Below are positions 21,014 through 35,825 of a stretch of DNA of 64,000 bases, in pieces. The DNA comes from Synechococcus sp. (lineage in GTDB: Bacteria > Cyanobacteriota > Cyanobacteriia > PCC-6307 > Cyanobiaceae): positions 2,052,228 through 2,116,227 of the forward strand of contig JBJBDL010000003.1 of NCBI GenBank assembly GCA_047285305.1, given 5' to 3'. The position numbers and the translations under genes were made by a program. The first letter of the stretch is position 1. Every line of letters begins with the position of its first letter. The notes below the pieces were generated by a model that saw nothing but the letters and a program-made list of their open reading frames with translations, was not told the DNA's origin and did not search any database.

Positions 21014-22117
21014 TCAGGCCAGCGGTGGCGGATCCAATTGATCGGGGGACTCCTCCACCAGCTGGAGCCGCACCCGCTTTCCACCCGCGAGCTCTCCCAA
21101 CGACACCCGCATGGTGGCGCCGCTGAGGGTCTGCAGAGCATTCAGCACATCGCGCAGATAGGGCGTGCTGCTTCCGCTTTCAACCCAGAGCCGCTCCTGA
21201 AGCCCCCCCAAGCGCCGCCAGGAGGTGTGCAGCTTCAGCACCGCCGACTCAAGGGCCTGGGCCTGGCCCACCGCATCGGCCAGCAGACCAAGGGCATCCA
21301 GGCGCTGGGCCTCCTGCATAGCGCGGTCCAGGTCCAGTTCCCCCTGCTGGAAAGCCCGCACGGCAACACCCGACTCGGTTGCCTTGGTAATCCAGCGCGC
21401 TGTACTGGTGACGTCCTTGATCCGGTCGAGTTCGGGCTCATCGCGGAGCACCTTGCGCAGATCTTCCTGCTGCGGCTCAGGAAGCTTGGCCAATTCACGC
21501 ACCAGAGGGGCCACAGCACGGGGTGGAAGAAGGTTCTCTTGAGTGCGCTGACGAATTTCCTCCGGCAGCAAAGGGCTGGTGGCCGCCGTGAATTCATCCG
21601 TGAGGCGGCGCACCTGCTTGCGCGTGATTTCCTGCCCCTCGTTGGCGGCTTCGGAAATCATCAGCTGCACTTCGGGAACCGCCTGAGCCGTTTCCATGAA
21701 GGCCCGCTTGGAGAACCGATTGACGCTGCTCTCTTCCAGGGTGCCGTCGCTGAGCATGCTGTCGGCGGATTCCGCCAGTTGAATCAAGCCATAGGCGCGG
21801 GTCTTGCTGATTTCCCGCTCCCGCAACCACTGCAGAAATCCAGCGCCTCGGGCTTCACCGCCTCGCTTTTCCTTGTCCCTAACAGCGCGGAGGATGCGAC
21901 CGCGCCAGATCTCGGTCTGGAGATCAAAGCGGTCGCAGACGGCCCAGGCCTGTTCCAGCCGAGCCAGAAATTCCATCGTGCCGATGTCGTCCTGCTCCGG
22001 GTCTGGCAAATCCAGCTGAAGCAGCGACGGATCTGGATCAAGGGCGATGGAACTGGTCAAAGGGACGCCGACGACGAAGGGACGACATTCTGTGACGCAG
22101 CGGTCATCATCATCCAT
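21014..22117 (-). CDS. Conserved hypothetical protein (largely helical; true start may be downstream)
   Basis: Long ORF filling the space between recQ and psaE, co-oriented with recQ; no function recognised. Confidence 0.75.
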   Translation of the reverse strand: MDDDDRCVTECRPFVVGVPLTSSIALDPDPSLLQLDLPDPEQDDIGTMEFLARLEQAWAVCDRFDLQTEIWRGRILRAVRDKEKRGGEARGAGFLQWLREREISKTRAYGLIQLAESADSMLSDGTLEESSVNRFSKRAFMETAQAVPEVQLMISEAANEGQEITRKQVRRLTDEFTAATSPLLPEEIRQRTQENLLPPRAVAPLVRELAKLPEPQQEDLRKVLRDEPELDRIKDVTSTARWITKATESGVAVRAFQQGELDLDRAMQEAQRLDALGLLADAVGQAQALESAVLKLHTSWRRLGGLQERLWVESGSSTPYLRDVLNALQTLSGATMRVSLGELAGGKRVRLQLVEESPDQLDPPPLA

Positions 22118-22158
22118 TCCACGAGATACGCTCCGATTGCATCTCCTTATGCCTAGCG

Positions 22159-22368
22159 ATGGCGATCACCCGCGGCGCCAAGGTGCGCATCAAGCGTCCT
22201 GAGTCCTACTGGTTCAACGAAGTTGGCACCGTTGCCTCCATCGACACCTCGGGAATCCGCTACCCCGTTGTCGTTCGCTTCGAAAAGGTCAACTACAGCG
22301 GCCTGCAGGGCGTTGACGGTGGCATCAATACCAACAATTTCGCTGAAGCGGAACTCGAGCCTGCCTGA
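22159..22368 (+). CDS. psaE: Photosystem I subunit IV
   Basis: [18 protein letters not shown]...[12 protein letters not shown]...TNNFA. Confidence 0.97.
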   Translation: MAITRGAKVRIKRPESYWFNEVGTVASIDTSGIRYPVVVRFEKVNYSGLQGVDGGINTNNFAEAELEPA

Positions 22369-22373
22369 GGCCG

Positions 22374-23210
22374 TTGCCTGAACTGCCCGAAGTCGAGACG
22401 GTCCGTCGGGGACTGGCAGACCGTCTTGTTGACTTCAAAATTGAGCAGGTTGAAGTCTGCAGACCAAGGGCTATTGCAAGTCCTGGATGTCCCGAGGAAT
22501 TTGTTGCTGGCCTCTGCGGCAAGACTGTGGGGCAGTGGCAGCGAAGAGGGAAATATCTAATGGCAGCCCTCGAGCACGAAGGCGGTGTTTGGGGTGTTCA
22601 TCTGCGAATGACCGGCCAATTTCAATGGCATGAGCAGCCCTCAGAACCGTGCAAACACACCCGTGTTCGCCTCTGGAACTCGAAAGAGGAGGAGTTGCGC
22701 TTTGTGGATGTGCGCAGCTTCGGAGAGATGTGGTGGGTGCCTCCTGGACAGGCGATTGAAGAGGTGATTACAGGCTTGACGCGACTCGGCCCTGAACCCT
22801 TCAGCGCCGACTTCTCCGCCAGCTATTTGAAGCAAAAACTCAAGGGCAGCAGCCGACCGATCAAAACAGCGCTGTTGGACCAAGCCCTGGTGGCCGGAGC
22901 GGGCAACATCTACGCGGACGAATCCCTTTTCGCATCAGGCATCGCCCCCTTCACGCCCGCAGGGCAGCTGAAGCTCAAACAACTGGAGAGGTTGCGCGAG
23001 GCCTTGGTGAATGTTCTGACCATCAGCATTGGAGCCGGTGGCACCACCTTCAGTGATTTCCGCGATCTCGAGGGGGTGAATGGCAACTACGGCGGCCAGG
23101 CCTGGGTCTACCGACGTAGGGGAGAACCCTGCCGCAGCTGTGGAACGCCAATACAAAGGGAGAAGCTGTCGGGCCGAAGCACCCACTGGTGCCCGACCTG
23201 TCAAAGCTGA
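22374..23210 (+). CDS. mutM: Formamidopyrimidine-DNA glycosylase
   Basis: PELPEVE N-terminus (TTG start), HLRMTG, GNIYADE, C-terminal Zn finger. Confidence 0.96.
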   Translation: MPELPEVETVRRGLADRLVDFKIEQVEVCRPRAIASPGCPEEFVAGLCGKTVGQWQRRGKYLMAALEHEGGVWGVHLRMTGQFQWHEQPSEPCKHTRVRLWNSKEEELRFVDVRSFGEMWWVPPGQAIEEVITGLTRLGPEPFSADFSASYLKQKLKGSSRPIKTALLDQALVAGAGNIYADESLFASGIAPFTPAGQLKLKQLERLREALVNVLTISIGAGGTTFSDFRDLEGVNGNYGGQAWVYRRRGEPCRSCGTPIQREKLSGRSTHWCPTCQS

Positions 23211-24214
23211 TAAGGCAGCGGAAGCGCAGAGAGAACCTCCCGATAGGGAGGACGAAGCACGCCGAATTCGGTGATGAAACCTGTCACCAGATGAGCCGGA
23301 GTGATGTCGAAGGCAGGGTTCCAGGCCTGGGCCCCGGGAGCCGCGACTTCCACTCCCCTTACGTGAGTGATCTCCTCTGCATCGCGTTGCTCAATCGTGA
23401 TCGTGTCCCCATCAACCGTCGCTCGATCAATGCTGCTGCCAGGAGCGCAGACATAAAAGGGAATGCCATGGGCTCGGGCCACAAGCGCCAGGTTGTAAGT
23501 GCCGATCTTGTTTGCAAAATCGCCATTGGCAGCAACACGATCACAGCCCACCATCACGGCATCCACCTCACCCCGGCGCATCAATAATCCACTGGCTCCA
23601 TCAACAATCACGGTGCAGGGAACACCGAGACAACCCAATTCCCAGGCAGAGAGAGCAGCCCCTTGCAAGCGTGGACGCGTTTCATCCAGCCAGGCATGAC
23701 GGAGCAGGCCAAGGGAATGGGCGGCTGCAATCACACCAAGAGCGGTTCCAACGCCTCCAGTAGCGATCGCACCCGTGTGGCAATGGTGCAAGACCCTGCA
23801 GCCCTGAGCCAACAGCGAAACGCCATGATCTACCAGCCGCTGGGTCAGCAGACAATCCTCATGCTGAAGCGCAGCGGCCACACCGGCGAGCGCTTCAGCA
23901 TCAACTGGAGCGGCGGAACCCATGGCCGCCTGCATCCGGCTGAGAGCCCAGCCGAGGTTTACGGCAGTAGGCCGTGATGCACGCAGGCCTCGGATGGCAG
24001 TAGGGAGGTCATCACCAGAGCGTGCAGCCAGAACAACCCCCCAGGCCGCCGCGATACCGATCGCGGGTGCACCGCGCACAGCCATGGAGGAAATCGCCTG
24101 AGCAACCTCCTCCCATCGGTGTAATTGCATGAAGACCACGGCAGCGGGTAGTTGTCGCTGGTCCAGCAACTCCAGGTGATCACCGCTCCATCGGCAACTA
24201 GGGGGAAGCGTCAA
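23201..24214 (-). CDS. mtnA: Methylthioribose-1-phosphate isomerase
   Basis: LLDQRQLP, MAVRGAPAIG, RPTAVNL, HCHTG, ETRPRLQG, NPAFDITP. Start set at TTG 24214. Confidence 0.92.
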   Translation of the reverse strand: MTLPPSCRWSGDHLELLDQRQLPAAVVFMQLHRWEEVAQAISSMAVRGAPAIGIAAAWGVVLAARSGDDLPTAIRGLRASRPTAVNLGWALSRMQAAMGSAAPVDAEALAGVAAALQHEDCLLTQRLVDHGVSLLAQGCRVLHHCHTGAIATGGVGTALGVIAAAHSLGLLRHAWLDETRPRLQGAALSAWELGCLGVPCTVIVDGASGLLMRRGEVDAVMVGCDRVAANGDFANKIGTYNLALVARAHGIPFYVCAPGSSIDRATVDGDTITIEQRDAEEITHVRGVEVAAPGAQAWNPAFDITPAHLVTGFITEFGVLRPPYREVLSALPLPYQL

Positions 24215-24264
24215 TACACGTGGGCCTCTGTGTCCTGTATAGAAGACGGAGGGATAAGCGGATC

Positions 24265-24873
24265 GTGACCGCAAACCAAACCCAGCGCAAACGATTAACT
24301 GAGGTGATGCAAGGCATCCACCGACGCGGCTGGTGCGATGGCACCGGAGGGAACTTCAGCATGGTGCTGCAGCATCAGCCCCTGCAATTGCTCATGGCAC
24401 CTAGTGGTGTGGACAAGGGGCAGGTACCTGCCGATGAGCTGATTGTTGTGGATGGACAAGGCAAGGTTTTAACGGGAAAGGGAAAAGCCAGTGCCGAAAC
24501 AGCACTACATCTGCGCATAGTGGAAGCGACCCAAGCAGGAGCAGTACTGCACACACATTCCGTCCCCGGAACGGTGTTGTCCCGTCATTACGAAAACACA
24601 GGAGGGATTGCCTTGGAGGGCTGGGAAATGCTGAAAGGCCTGGTCGGAATCAACACCCACGCCAGCAGCATCACCATCCCTGTGATCAGCAACAGTCAGT
24701 CAATGCATGAGCTGGGCGATGCCGTCGAACCCTTTTTGGAAACCTCGCCCTGCGGATTTCTCGTGGCCGGGCACGGCCTCTACGCGTGGGGTGCTGACCT
24801 GGATGCGAGCAAACGACACCTGGAAATCCTGGAATTTCTCTTAAAAGTGAGATTGGCCCAAATGCAGATTTGA
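24265..24873 (+). CDS. mtnB: Methylthioribulose-1-phosphate dehydratase
   Basis: GWCDGTGGNFS, APSGVDKG, SAETALH, VLHTHS, GHGLYAWG. Confidence 0.92.
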   Translation: MTANQTQRKRLTEVMQGIHRRGWCDGTGGNFSMVLQHQPLQLLMAPSGVDKGQVPADELIVVDGQGKVLTGKGKASAETALHLRIVEATQAGAVLHTHSVPGTVLSRHYENTGGIALEGWEMLKGLVGINTHASSITIPVISNSQSMHELGDAVEPFLETSPCGFLVAGHGLYAWGADLDASKRHLEILEFLLKVRLAQMQI

Positions 24874-24878
24874 GATCA

Positions 24879-25631
24879 ATGATGAATCAACAACATCTTC
24901 TACTCGACATCGAAGGAACGACATGTCCAGTGAGCTTTGTCAGCAACGTTTTGTTCCCCTTCGCCAAGCAAGAACTGAGCGACTACATCAAACAACATTG
25001 GGACCAGAGCCCTCACAACGAAGCAATCAAAGCCGCCAAAAAGGAATGGCTGGATGACCAATACCTCGGAAGTAACCAGATCAAACAGCAGGCCATGAAA
25101 GGTGAAACCGAGGAGATAGACGGGTTAATTCAATACCTCAAACACTTGATTAGCATCGACAAGAAATCGACGGCACTAAAAGATTTACAGGGAAAAATCT
25201 GGGAAGAAGGTTACAACAACGGAAAACTAAAATCTCAATTGTTTCCTGAAACTGCTGAATGCCTGCGTAAATGGCGCGAGCAAGGATTAACGTTATCCGT
25301 CTATTCATCGGGCAGCATTCAAGCTCAAAAACTGCTTTATAGGCACAGCCCTGCGGGTGACCTTGAAAAACTTTTCAGCCACTGGTTTGACACCCATACA
25401 GGGCCTAAAAAATCCACGGAAAGCTACACAACAATCGCTGAGCGACTCCAAAGCTCGCCCAACAAGATTTGGTTCGTGAGTGACAACGGGACTGAATGTG
25501 ACTCCGCTCGTGCTGCAGGAATGCACACTCTCTTCAGCCTTCGCGATGGTAACCCTGACCGTGACCCACGGAATCACACGGTGGTTCAATCACTCCGCGA
25601 GGTAAGTGCTTACCTAACAGCAGAACAATAG
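24879..25631 (+). CDS. mtnC: Enolase-phosphatase E1 (acireductone synthase)
   Basis: LLDIEGTT, LFPFA, LKDLQGKIW, VYSSGSIQAQKLL, FVSD. Confidence 0.92.
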   Translation: MMNQQHLLLDIEGTTCPVSFVSNVLFPFAKQELSDYIKQHWDQSPHNEAIKAAKKEWLDDQYLGSNQIKQQAMKGETEEIDGLIQYLKHLISIDKKSTALKDLQGKIWEEGYNNGKLKSQLFPETAECLRKWREQGLTLSVYSSGSIQAQKLLYRHSPAGDLEKLFSHWFDTHTGPKKSTESYTTIAERLQSSPNKIWFVSDNGTECDSARAAGMHTLFSLRDGNPDRDPRNHTVVQSLREVSAYLTAEQ

Positions 25632-25636
25632 CCAAC

Positions 25637-25668
25637 AAAAAAGCCACCTCGAGATGAGGTGGCTTCTT
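25637..25668. terminator. Intrinsic terminator of the rrn operon (minus strand), probably bidirectional with mtnC
   Basis: Stem AAGCCACCTC-gagat-GAGGTGGCTT flanked by an A6 run and TTCTT. Confidence 0.85.
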
Positions 25669-25732
25669 CGTGGGTGGTGATGGTGATTGCTTCAGCAATC
25701 AGCGCATCATCAACCTATTCAGAGAATGTTTT

Positions 25733-25850
25733 ACCTGGCATCGAGCTATTTTCTCAGGGGGCTACCCCCCAAATATCGTCGCCGCTGATGCGTTTCACAA
25801 CCGAGTTCGGGATGGATCGGAGTGGGACCACACCGCCATGGACACCAGGA
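25733..25850 (-). rRNA. rrf: 5S rRNA
   Basis: Reverse complement reads TCCTGGTGTCCATGGCGGTGTGG...CCATCCCGAACTCGG...TGCCAGG. Ends are approximate. Confidence 0.95.
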
Positions 25851-25961
25851 TAGATAAACATTCCCAAGGGATGAACCCTGAGAACTGCATAGGATCTGCA
25901 GCGAATGCTGCACGTCTGAATCAAACAAAGAAATGAGTCTTCAGGCAAGAACCAAAATGTT

Positions 25962-28827
<2,866 letters not shown>

Positions 28828-29056
28828 AATTAACCTCCTGAACGCTTACCGCCGTTGAAAGCAGATTCTCAAGTTTTTATTGCTAAAAACAAGATCAAAC
28901 TCTGATTCGCTCGACACGAATCAAAGAACGTTCAAGAGTCTCGGCTCTTGCTCAAAAGAATTTTCATTGTTCTAGATCTAATCTCCCTTTCAGAAGATCA
29001 GATTCAAAACAATGCATCTGTAAGATGCTTTGTTTTTTCCAGACTCACCTATGCAG

Positions 29057-29068
29057 TTGTCAAGGTTC
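29057..29068 (-). promoter_or_regulatory. ITS boxA antiterminator
   Basis: GAACCTTGACAA on the transcript strand upstream of 23S; a similar GCACCTGGACAA is in the 16S leader (~31448-31459). Confidence 0.75.
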
Positions 29069-29260
29069 TGCCAGAACTTCAAATCAAATCACCAATTGCT
29101 TGATTATTTGATCCGAGCCCAGCATCTTATCAACCAAATTAAGGCTTTAACCTAAAACTTGGAATGACAGGAAGCTGGGGTCATCCAGCGGACACATCTA
29201 AATCACACTCCAATCGAGCTCAACTCCAAAAAATTGGAGATGGGAATCAAGTTCGGTCAG

Positions 29261-29333
29261 TGGAGGTTAGGAGACTCGAACTCCTGACATCCTGCTTGCA
29301 AAGCAGGCGCTCTACCAACTGAGCTAAACCCCC
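29261..29333 (-). tRNA. tRNA-Ala (TGC)
   Basis: GGGGGTTTAGCTCAG, anticodon arm CCTGC-TTTGCAA-GCAGG, located in the ITS. Confidence 0.96.
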
Positions 29334-29342
29334 AACACCGAA

Positions 29343-29416
<74 letters not shown>

Positions 29417-29601
29417 AGGAGTCTCATCCCTTTTGGGGTGTGACCTAGACAAAGTTTAGGAACTGAAAATCTCCATCAAGCAATCAACATTGGAGCTGAT
29501 CCTTGACTTCAAAGCTGAGGTACCGATCGACCTAAGGTGACAGGATTTCGGCCTAAGAATAAAAGCACTCAGGCATCAAAATCATTGTGTTGTCTCCCTG
29601 T

Positions 29602-31086
<1,485 letters not shown>

Positions 31087-31428
31087 AGATCATTTCCTCT
31101 TGGAAACTTTCGCTTCCTCAAAATGATTTGCGTCACCCATTACTCAGTCAAAACTGGCAACAGTTGAGGCCTCCTTTCGCTGACACAAAAGGGTTCTTAA
31201 GAGTGCATCTCTAGATTTCTCTGTCAATGACTTTCCGGGATCTCAGATCCGGTTGTTGCTCCACAATTCGCACACCGGCAACAAGAGAGCTCGTGAAAAC
31301 CCTCTCGTTGCAGCGAATTGCTTCTTCGCAACGAAATTTTTGACGGGACCTCACACCTTCATCGCTCTTTCATTTAGCCCCTCACCTCACCTCTCGGTTC
31401 GGCTCGGAACCAAACGCGATGAAAGCGT

Positions 31429-31443
31429 CAGTTCCTAAACTTT
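31429..31443. repeat. Leader arm of the pre-16S processing stem (perfect 15-bp inverted repeat with 29451-29465)
   Basis: CAGTTCCTAAACTTT is the exact reverse complement of AAAGTTTAGGAACTG in the ITS. Confidence 0.8.
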
Positions 31444-31767
31444 TCAGTTGTCCAGGTGCGACCGAACTATTCCTCACTCCCTCTCAGGAGATCGGTTGGT
31501 TGGTCATCGCGGCCTCTCGCGACCGCTTAAAGAACTTACAACACCGTGGGATCGCTCCCTCCTGGCCATGTAAGCCGCCTCAGACACATCAAGACTTTCG
31601 CCTCAAGCGCTTCGGCTTGCGCGCTTGCCTCTCGGCTCCCGCGCAAGACAAAACCATAACACCGCATCCCCCGCTATTGCAATGGGCAGCCTCCCTGAAG
31701 ATCTGAAGGGTTGCTTCCACTGGCGAAACCCATTGCCAGAACTACGTTTCAGTTGGAGGTCACCGCG

Positions 31768-33225
31768 ATGCCAACGCGTTTCACCGAACAAAGCCAGCGT
31801 TTCCGCCCCAACTCAAACGAAGAGCAGGTGCTGCAAAAAGCACGGGAACACTTCGAAGCCACGCTGATTGGCGTACAGGGGGAACTCGCCGGCAGCGTTG
31901 CCGCGATGGAACATCGCCGCGCTGACGACGCCCTCAACTACGGCGAGATCTTCCTGCGGGACAACGTTCCCGTGATGATCTACCTGATGCTTGAAGGCCG
32001 CTTCGCCATCGTGAAGCAGTTTTTGAGCGTCAGCCTTCAGCTCCAAAGCACAAACGTTCAAACCCGCGGTGTCTTCCCCACCAGCTTTGTGGAGGAAGAG
32101 GGAGAACTGGTTGCGGACTATGGCCAGCGCTCGATCGGTCGCATCACCTCAGTGGATGCAAGCCTCTGGTGGCCGATTCTCTGCTGGATCTACGTCAAAC
32201 GCAGTGGGGACATTGACTTCGGTCGCAGTCCGGAAGTGCAACGCGGTTTGCAACTACTGCTCGATCTGGTTCTTCACCCCAGCTTCGAAGGCACACCGGT
32301 GCTGTTCGTTCCCGACTGCGCATTCATGATTGATCGCCCCATGGACGTGTGGGGCGCTCCACTGGAAGTGGAGGTGCTGCTATTCGCAGCGCTGCGCAGC
32401 TGCGTTGGGCTGATGGAACTCTGCCAACGCCACGAGAACAGCGTTCTTCTGGGGGAACGATTGCGGCTGAGCCGGCAATGGACCCATGACTTGCGGCAGT
32501 TCCTGCTGAAGCACTACTGGGTGACCAGCAAAACGATGCAAGTGCTTCGGCGACGGCCAACGGAGCAGTACGGCGAAAACCAGCACCACAACGAATTCAA
32601 CGTTCAACCCCAGGTCATCCCCGACTGGTTGCAGGACTGGCTCGAGAACCGTGGCGGTTACATGATCGGGAACATGCGGACCGGACGACCGGATTTCCGC
32701 TTCTACTCCTTAGGAAATTCCCTGGCATCGCTGTTCGGTTTGCTGACCGCGCCACAGCAACGGGCACTGTTCCGATTGGTGCTGCACAACCGTGACCACC
32801 TCATGGCCCAGATGCCGATGCGCATCTGTCATCCCCCCATGGAGGGCGTGGAATGGGAGAACAAAACGGGCTCCGACCCCAAGAACTGGCCCTGGAGCTA
32901 TCACAACGGTGGGCACTGGCCGAGCCTGCTCTGGTTTTTTGGAGCGTCCATCCTTCTGCACGAACGGCTGAATCCCCAGGCCGACGTGTTGCTGATGGGG
33001 CAAATGAAAACGCTTTTGGACGAGTGCTACTGGAGTCATCTCAACCAACTGCCCCGTCAGCAGTGGGCTGAATATTTCGATGGCCCCACAGGAACCTGGG
33101 TTGGACAGCAATCACGCACGTATCAGACCTGGACCATCGTTGGTTTTCTACTGATGCACCACTTTCTCCACGTCAACCCAGACGACGTGCTGATGCTCAA
33201 CCTCGACGAATCGATGAGTCACTGA
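31768..33225 (+). CDS. Alkaline/neutral invertase (GH100)
   Basis: LNYGEIFLRD, ADYGQRSIGR, VDASLWW, MIDRPM, WSYHNGGHWP, QTWTI. GGAGG precedes the ATG. Confidence 0.92.
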   Translation: MPTRFTEQSQRFRPNSNEEQVLQKAREHFEATLIGVQGELAGSVAAMEHRRADDALNYGEIFLRDNVPVMIYLMLEGRFAIVKQFLSVSLQLQSTNVQTRGVFPTSFVEEEGELVADYGQRSIGRITSVDASLWWPILCWIYVKRSGDIDFGRSPEVQRGLQLLLDLVLHPSFEGTPVLFVPDCAFMIDRPMDVWGAPLEVEVLLFAALRSCVGLMELCQRHENSVLLGERLRLSRQWTHDLRQFLLKHYWVTSKTMQVLRRRPTEQYGENQHHNEFNVQPQVIPDWLQDWLENRGGYMIGNMRTGRPDFRFYSLGNSLASLFGLLTAPQQRALFRLVLHNRDHLMAQMPMRICHPPMEGVEWENKTGSDPKNWPWSYHNGGHWPSLLWFFGASILLHERLNPQADVLLMGQMKTLLDECYWSHLNQLPRQQWAEYFDGPTGTWVGQQSRTYQTWTIVGFLLMHHFLHVNPDDVLMLNLDESMSH

Positions 33226-33247
33226 CGAACCACCGAAGCCATGGCAT

Positions 33248-33276
33248 AAAAAAACCCCGACTCAACGAGCCGGGGT
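33248..33276 (-). terminator. Intrinsic terminator of petBD
   Basis: Hairpin ACCCCGACTC-aac-GAGCCGGGGT next to an A7 run (U-tract on the minus strand). Confidence 0.8.
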
Positions 33277-33301
33277 GCATGAACTGAGCTCAAACAATGG
33301 A

Positions 33302-33784
33302 TCAGAACAGTCCGAGGGTGAGGGACTTATCGATCGGTAGTGCTGCACCAATACCGAGATAGATGGTGACCAGAGTTCCGGTGAGGAAGACGGTCATCGC
33401 CACGGGACGGCGGAAAGGGTTCTGGAACTTGTTGAAGCTCTCGATGAAAGGAACAAGCATCAGACCCAGGGGAACCAAGGTTTGCAGAGCAATGCCCAGA
33501 AGCTTGTTGGGAACAACCCGTAGGATCTGGAACACGGGGTAGAGGTACCACTCAGGAAGAATTTCCAGAGGGGTGGCGAAAGGATCAGCCTTGTCGGCGA
33601 GCATCGCAGGATCAAGTACGGCCAGACCGACCACACAGGCGATGGTGCCGAGGATCACCACCGGGAAGATGTAGAGGAGATCATTGGGCCAGGCAGGCTC
33701 GCCGTAATAGTTGTGACCCATGCCCTTGGCGAGCTTGGCCCGCATTTTGGGATCGGAGAGATCAGGCTTCTTGAGAATGTGCAT
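33302..33784 (-). CDS. petD: Cytochrome b6f subunit IV
   Basis: [23 protein letters not shown] motif. Confidence 0.98.
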
Positions 33785-33823
33785 CGTTTAGTCCAGGTGT
33801 TGAGGGAACAGTAGGAACGCAGA

Positions 33824-34480
33824 TCACAAGGGACCAGAAATGCCCTGCTTCCGAATCATCAGGAAATGCATAAGCATGAATACAGCCAACAGCCAGGGCA
33901 TCACGAAAGTGTGAAGGCTGTAGAAGCGAGTGAGAGTGGCCTGTCCAACGCTTTCGCCACCGCGAAGCAGTTCCACCATGAAATCACCAACAACAGGGAT
34001 GGCAGCAGGAACGCCGGAAACAATTTTCACTGCCCAGTAACCAACCTGGTCCCAGGGAAGGGAGTAACCGGTCACACCGAAGGACACGGTGATCACTGCC
34101 ATGGTCACTCCGGTGACCCAGGTGAGCTCACGAGGACGCTTGAAGCCGCCGGTGAGGTATACGCGGAAAACGTGAAGGATGAGCATCAACACCATCATTG
34201 ATGCGCTCCAGCGATGCACAGAGCGGATCAGCCAACCGAAGCTGACATCGGTCATTAGGTATTCGACCGACTTGTAAGCCTCAGCAACGGTGGGCTTGTA
34301 ATAAAAGGTCATCGCGAACCCAGTCGCGAACTGGATCAGGAAGCACACCAACGTGATGCCCCCCAGGCAATAAAAGATGTTGACGTGTGGGGGCACGTAC
34401 TTTGAACCAATGTCGTCAGCAATGTCCTGGATTTCCAGACGTTCCTGGAACCAGTCGTAAACCGGTGATGAGTTCGCCAT
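33824..34480 (-). CDS. petB: Cytochrome b6
   Basis: [42 protein letters not shown]. Confidence 0.98.
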   Translation of the reverse strand: MANSSPVYDWFQERLEIQDIADDIGSKYVPPHVNIFYCLGGITLVCFLIQFATGFAMTFYYKPTVAEAYKSVEYLMTDVSFGWLIRSVHRWSASMMVLMLILHVFRVYLTGGFKRPRELTWVTGVTMAVITVSFGVTGYSLPWDQVGYWAVKIVSGVPAAIPVVGDFMVELLRGGESVGQATLTRFYSLHTFVMPWLLAVFMLMHFLMIRKQGISGPL

Positions 34481-34547
34481 GCACAAGCGGGCTCGAGTTG
34501 CGAAAGTCTACTGAGCACGCTTCTGCCACTGAGGCGAACCCACCGCG

Positions 34548-35825
34548 ATGTATCCAACTGTTAACTATCTTTCAGACTGGCTGCGGCGCAGAGTTTTTCG
34601 AGCGCTGAGCCAACTGATCGCAGCGTCTCTTTGCTGCTTTTTAGTGCTGGGCAGCGCCTGCACAGCCGTTGCACTCAGCGACACACAACAGCTCGTGGTC
34701 GACAGCTGGCGGCTTGTAAACCAGGGCTTTTGGAACCCAGAGCAACTCGATGCGGTGCGTTGGAAGCGTCAACGGCAGAAGGCCATGGAACGCAGCATCG
34801 AGAGCAGCAACGATGCCTATGCCGCCATCGAATCGATGCTGTCTCAGCTGGGCGACCCCTACACGCGGCTGCTTCGTCCAGAGGACTACACGGCGCTGAA
34901 GAACAGCACCAACGGCAGCCTCAGCGGTGTGGGGTTGCAACTCGGTCCAGATGAAAGCAGCAATGGTGTTGTGGTGATTTCTGCCCTCGAGGGTTCACCC
35001 GCCGGCGAGGCGGAGATCACCAGTGGAACGCAGTTGCTGTCTGTTGATGGCCGGGACGTGGTGGACATGGGTCTCGAGGGAACCGTGGCAGCGCTGCGCG
35101 GGGACGTGGGTTCGCAGGTGGTGCTGACGCTGGACAACGGCAGCGGAGAAACAAACGAGCTGACCCTGGAACGCCGCAGCGTGGACCTGAGGCCAGTGCG
35201 CACAAGGCGGTTACGCAGCGGCAGTCACACCCTTGGCTATCTGCGAATCACCCAGTTCAGCGAAGGAGTTCCCGAACAGGTGAAAGAAGCCCTCACAGAG
35301 TTGAAGAACAAGGAAATCGAAGGATTGGTGCTCGACCTCCGCAACAATTCAGGAGGATTGGTGAGCGCTGGATTGGCAGTCGCCGACGACTTCATTTCCG
35401 GTGGCGCCATTGTTGAAACCCGCAACCGCGAGGGCATTAATGACACCATCCAGGCCAGTCTCCAAACGGTGTACGACGGACCGATGGTCACCCTCGTGAA
35501 TGGAGGGACGGCCAGTGCGAGTGAAATCCTGGCTGGAGCCCTCCAGGACAACGATCGCGCCACCCTTCTCGGAGGACAGACGTTCGGTAAAGGGCTGATT
35601 CAAACGCTGACCAACCTCAGTGATGGCAGCGGCCTTGCCGTGACCGTTGCTGGCTACGTGACACCAAGTGGACGGGACATCCAAGGGGAAGGCATCGCTC
35701 CCGATCGTGGGTTGTCAGATCCGGAACCCCTGAACCCCGGCGGGGACGGTGATCGCTGGCTCTCGGAAGCCGAGCAATGGATGGAGGCCCTGCTGGAACA
35801 ACCCGCTGACGAGACCGAGGCATGA
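34548..35825 (+). CDS. C-terminal processing peptidase (S41, CtpA-like paralogue)
   Basis: LGDPYTR, PDZ GVGL, LDLRNNSGG, TASASEI, TFGKG. Confidence 0.9.
   Translation: MYPTVNYLSDWLRRRVFRALSQLIAASLCCFLVLGSACTAVALSDTQQLVVDSWRLVNQGFWNPEQLDAVRWKRQRQKAMERSIESSNDAYAAIESMLSQLGDPYTRLLRPEDYTALKNSTNGSLSGVGLQLGPDESSNGVVVISALEGSPAGEAEITSGTQLLSVDGRDVVDMGLEGTVAALRGDVGSQVVLTLDNGSGETNELTLERRSVDLRPVRTRRLRSGSHTLGYLRITQFSEGVPEQVKEALTELKNKEIEGLVLDLRNNSGGLVSAGLAVADDFISGGAIVETRNREGINDTIQASLQTVYDGPMVTLVNGGTASASEILAGALQDNDRATLLGGQTFGKGLIQTLTNLSDGSGLAVTVAGYVTPSGRDIQGEGIAPDRGLSDPEPLNPGGDGDRWLSEAEQWMEALLEQPADETEA

Noticed and set aside
20903..22156. 417-aa plus-strand ORF
   Set aside because: Antisense to the more protein-like minus-strand ORF and to the recQ 5' end.
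31090..31760. Long apparently empty region with short ORFs and stems
   Set aside because: Explained by the rrn promoter/leader and the divergent invertase promoter.
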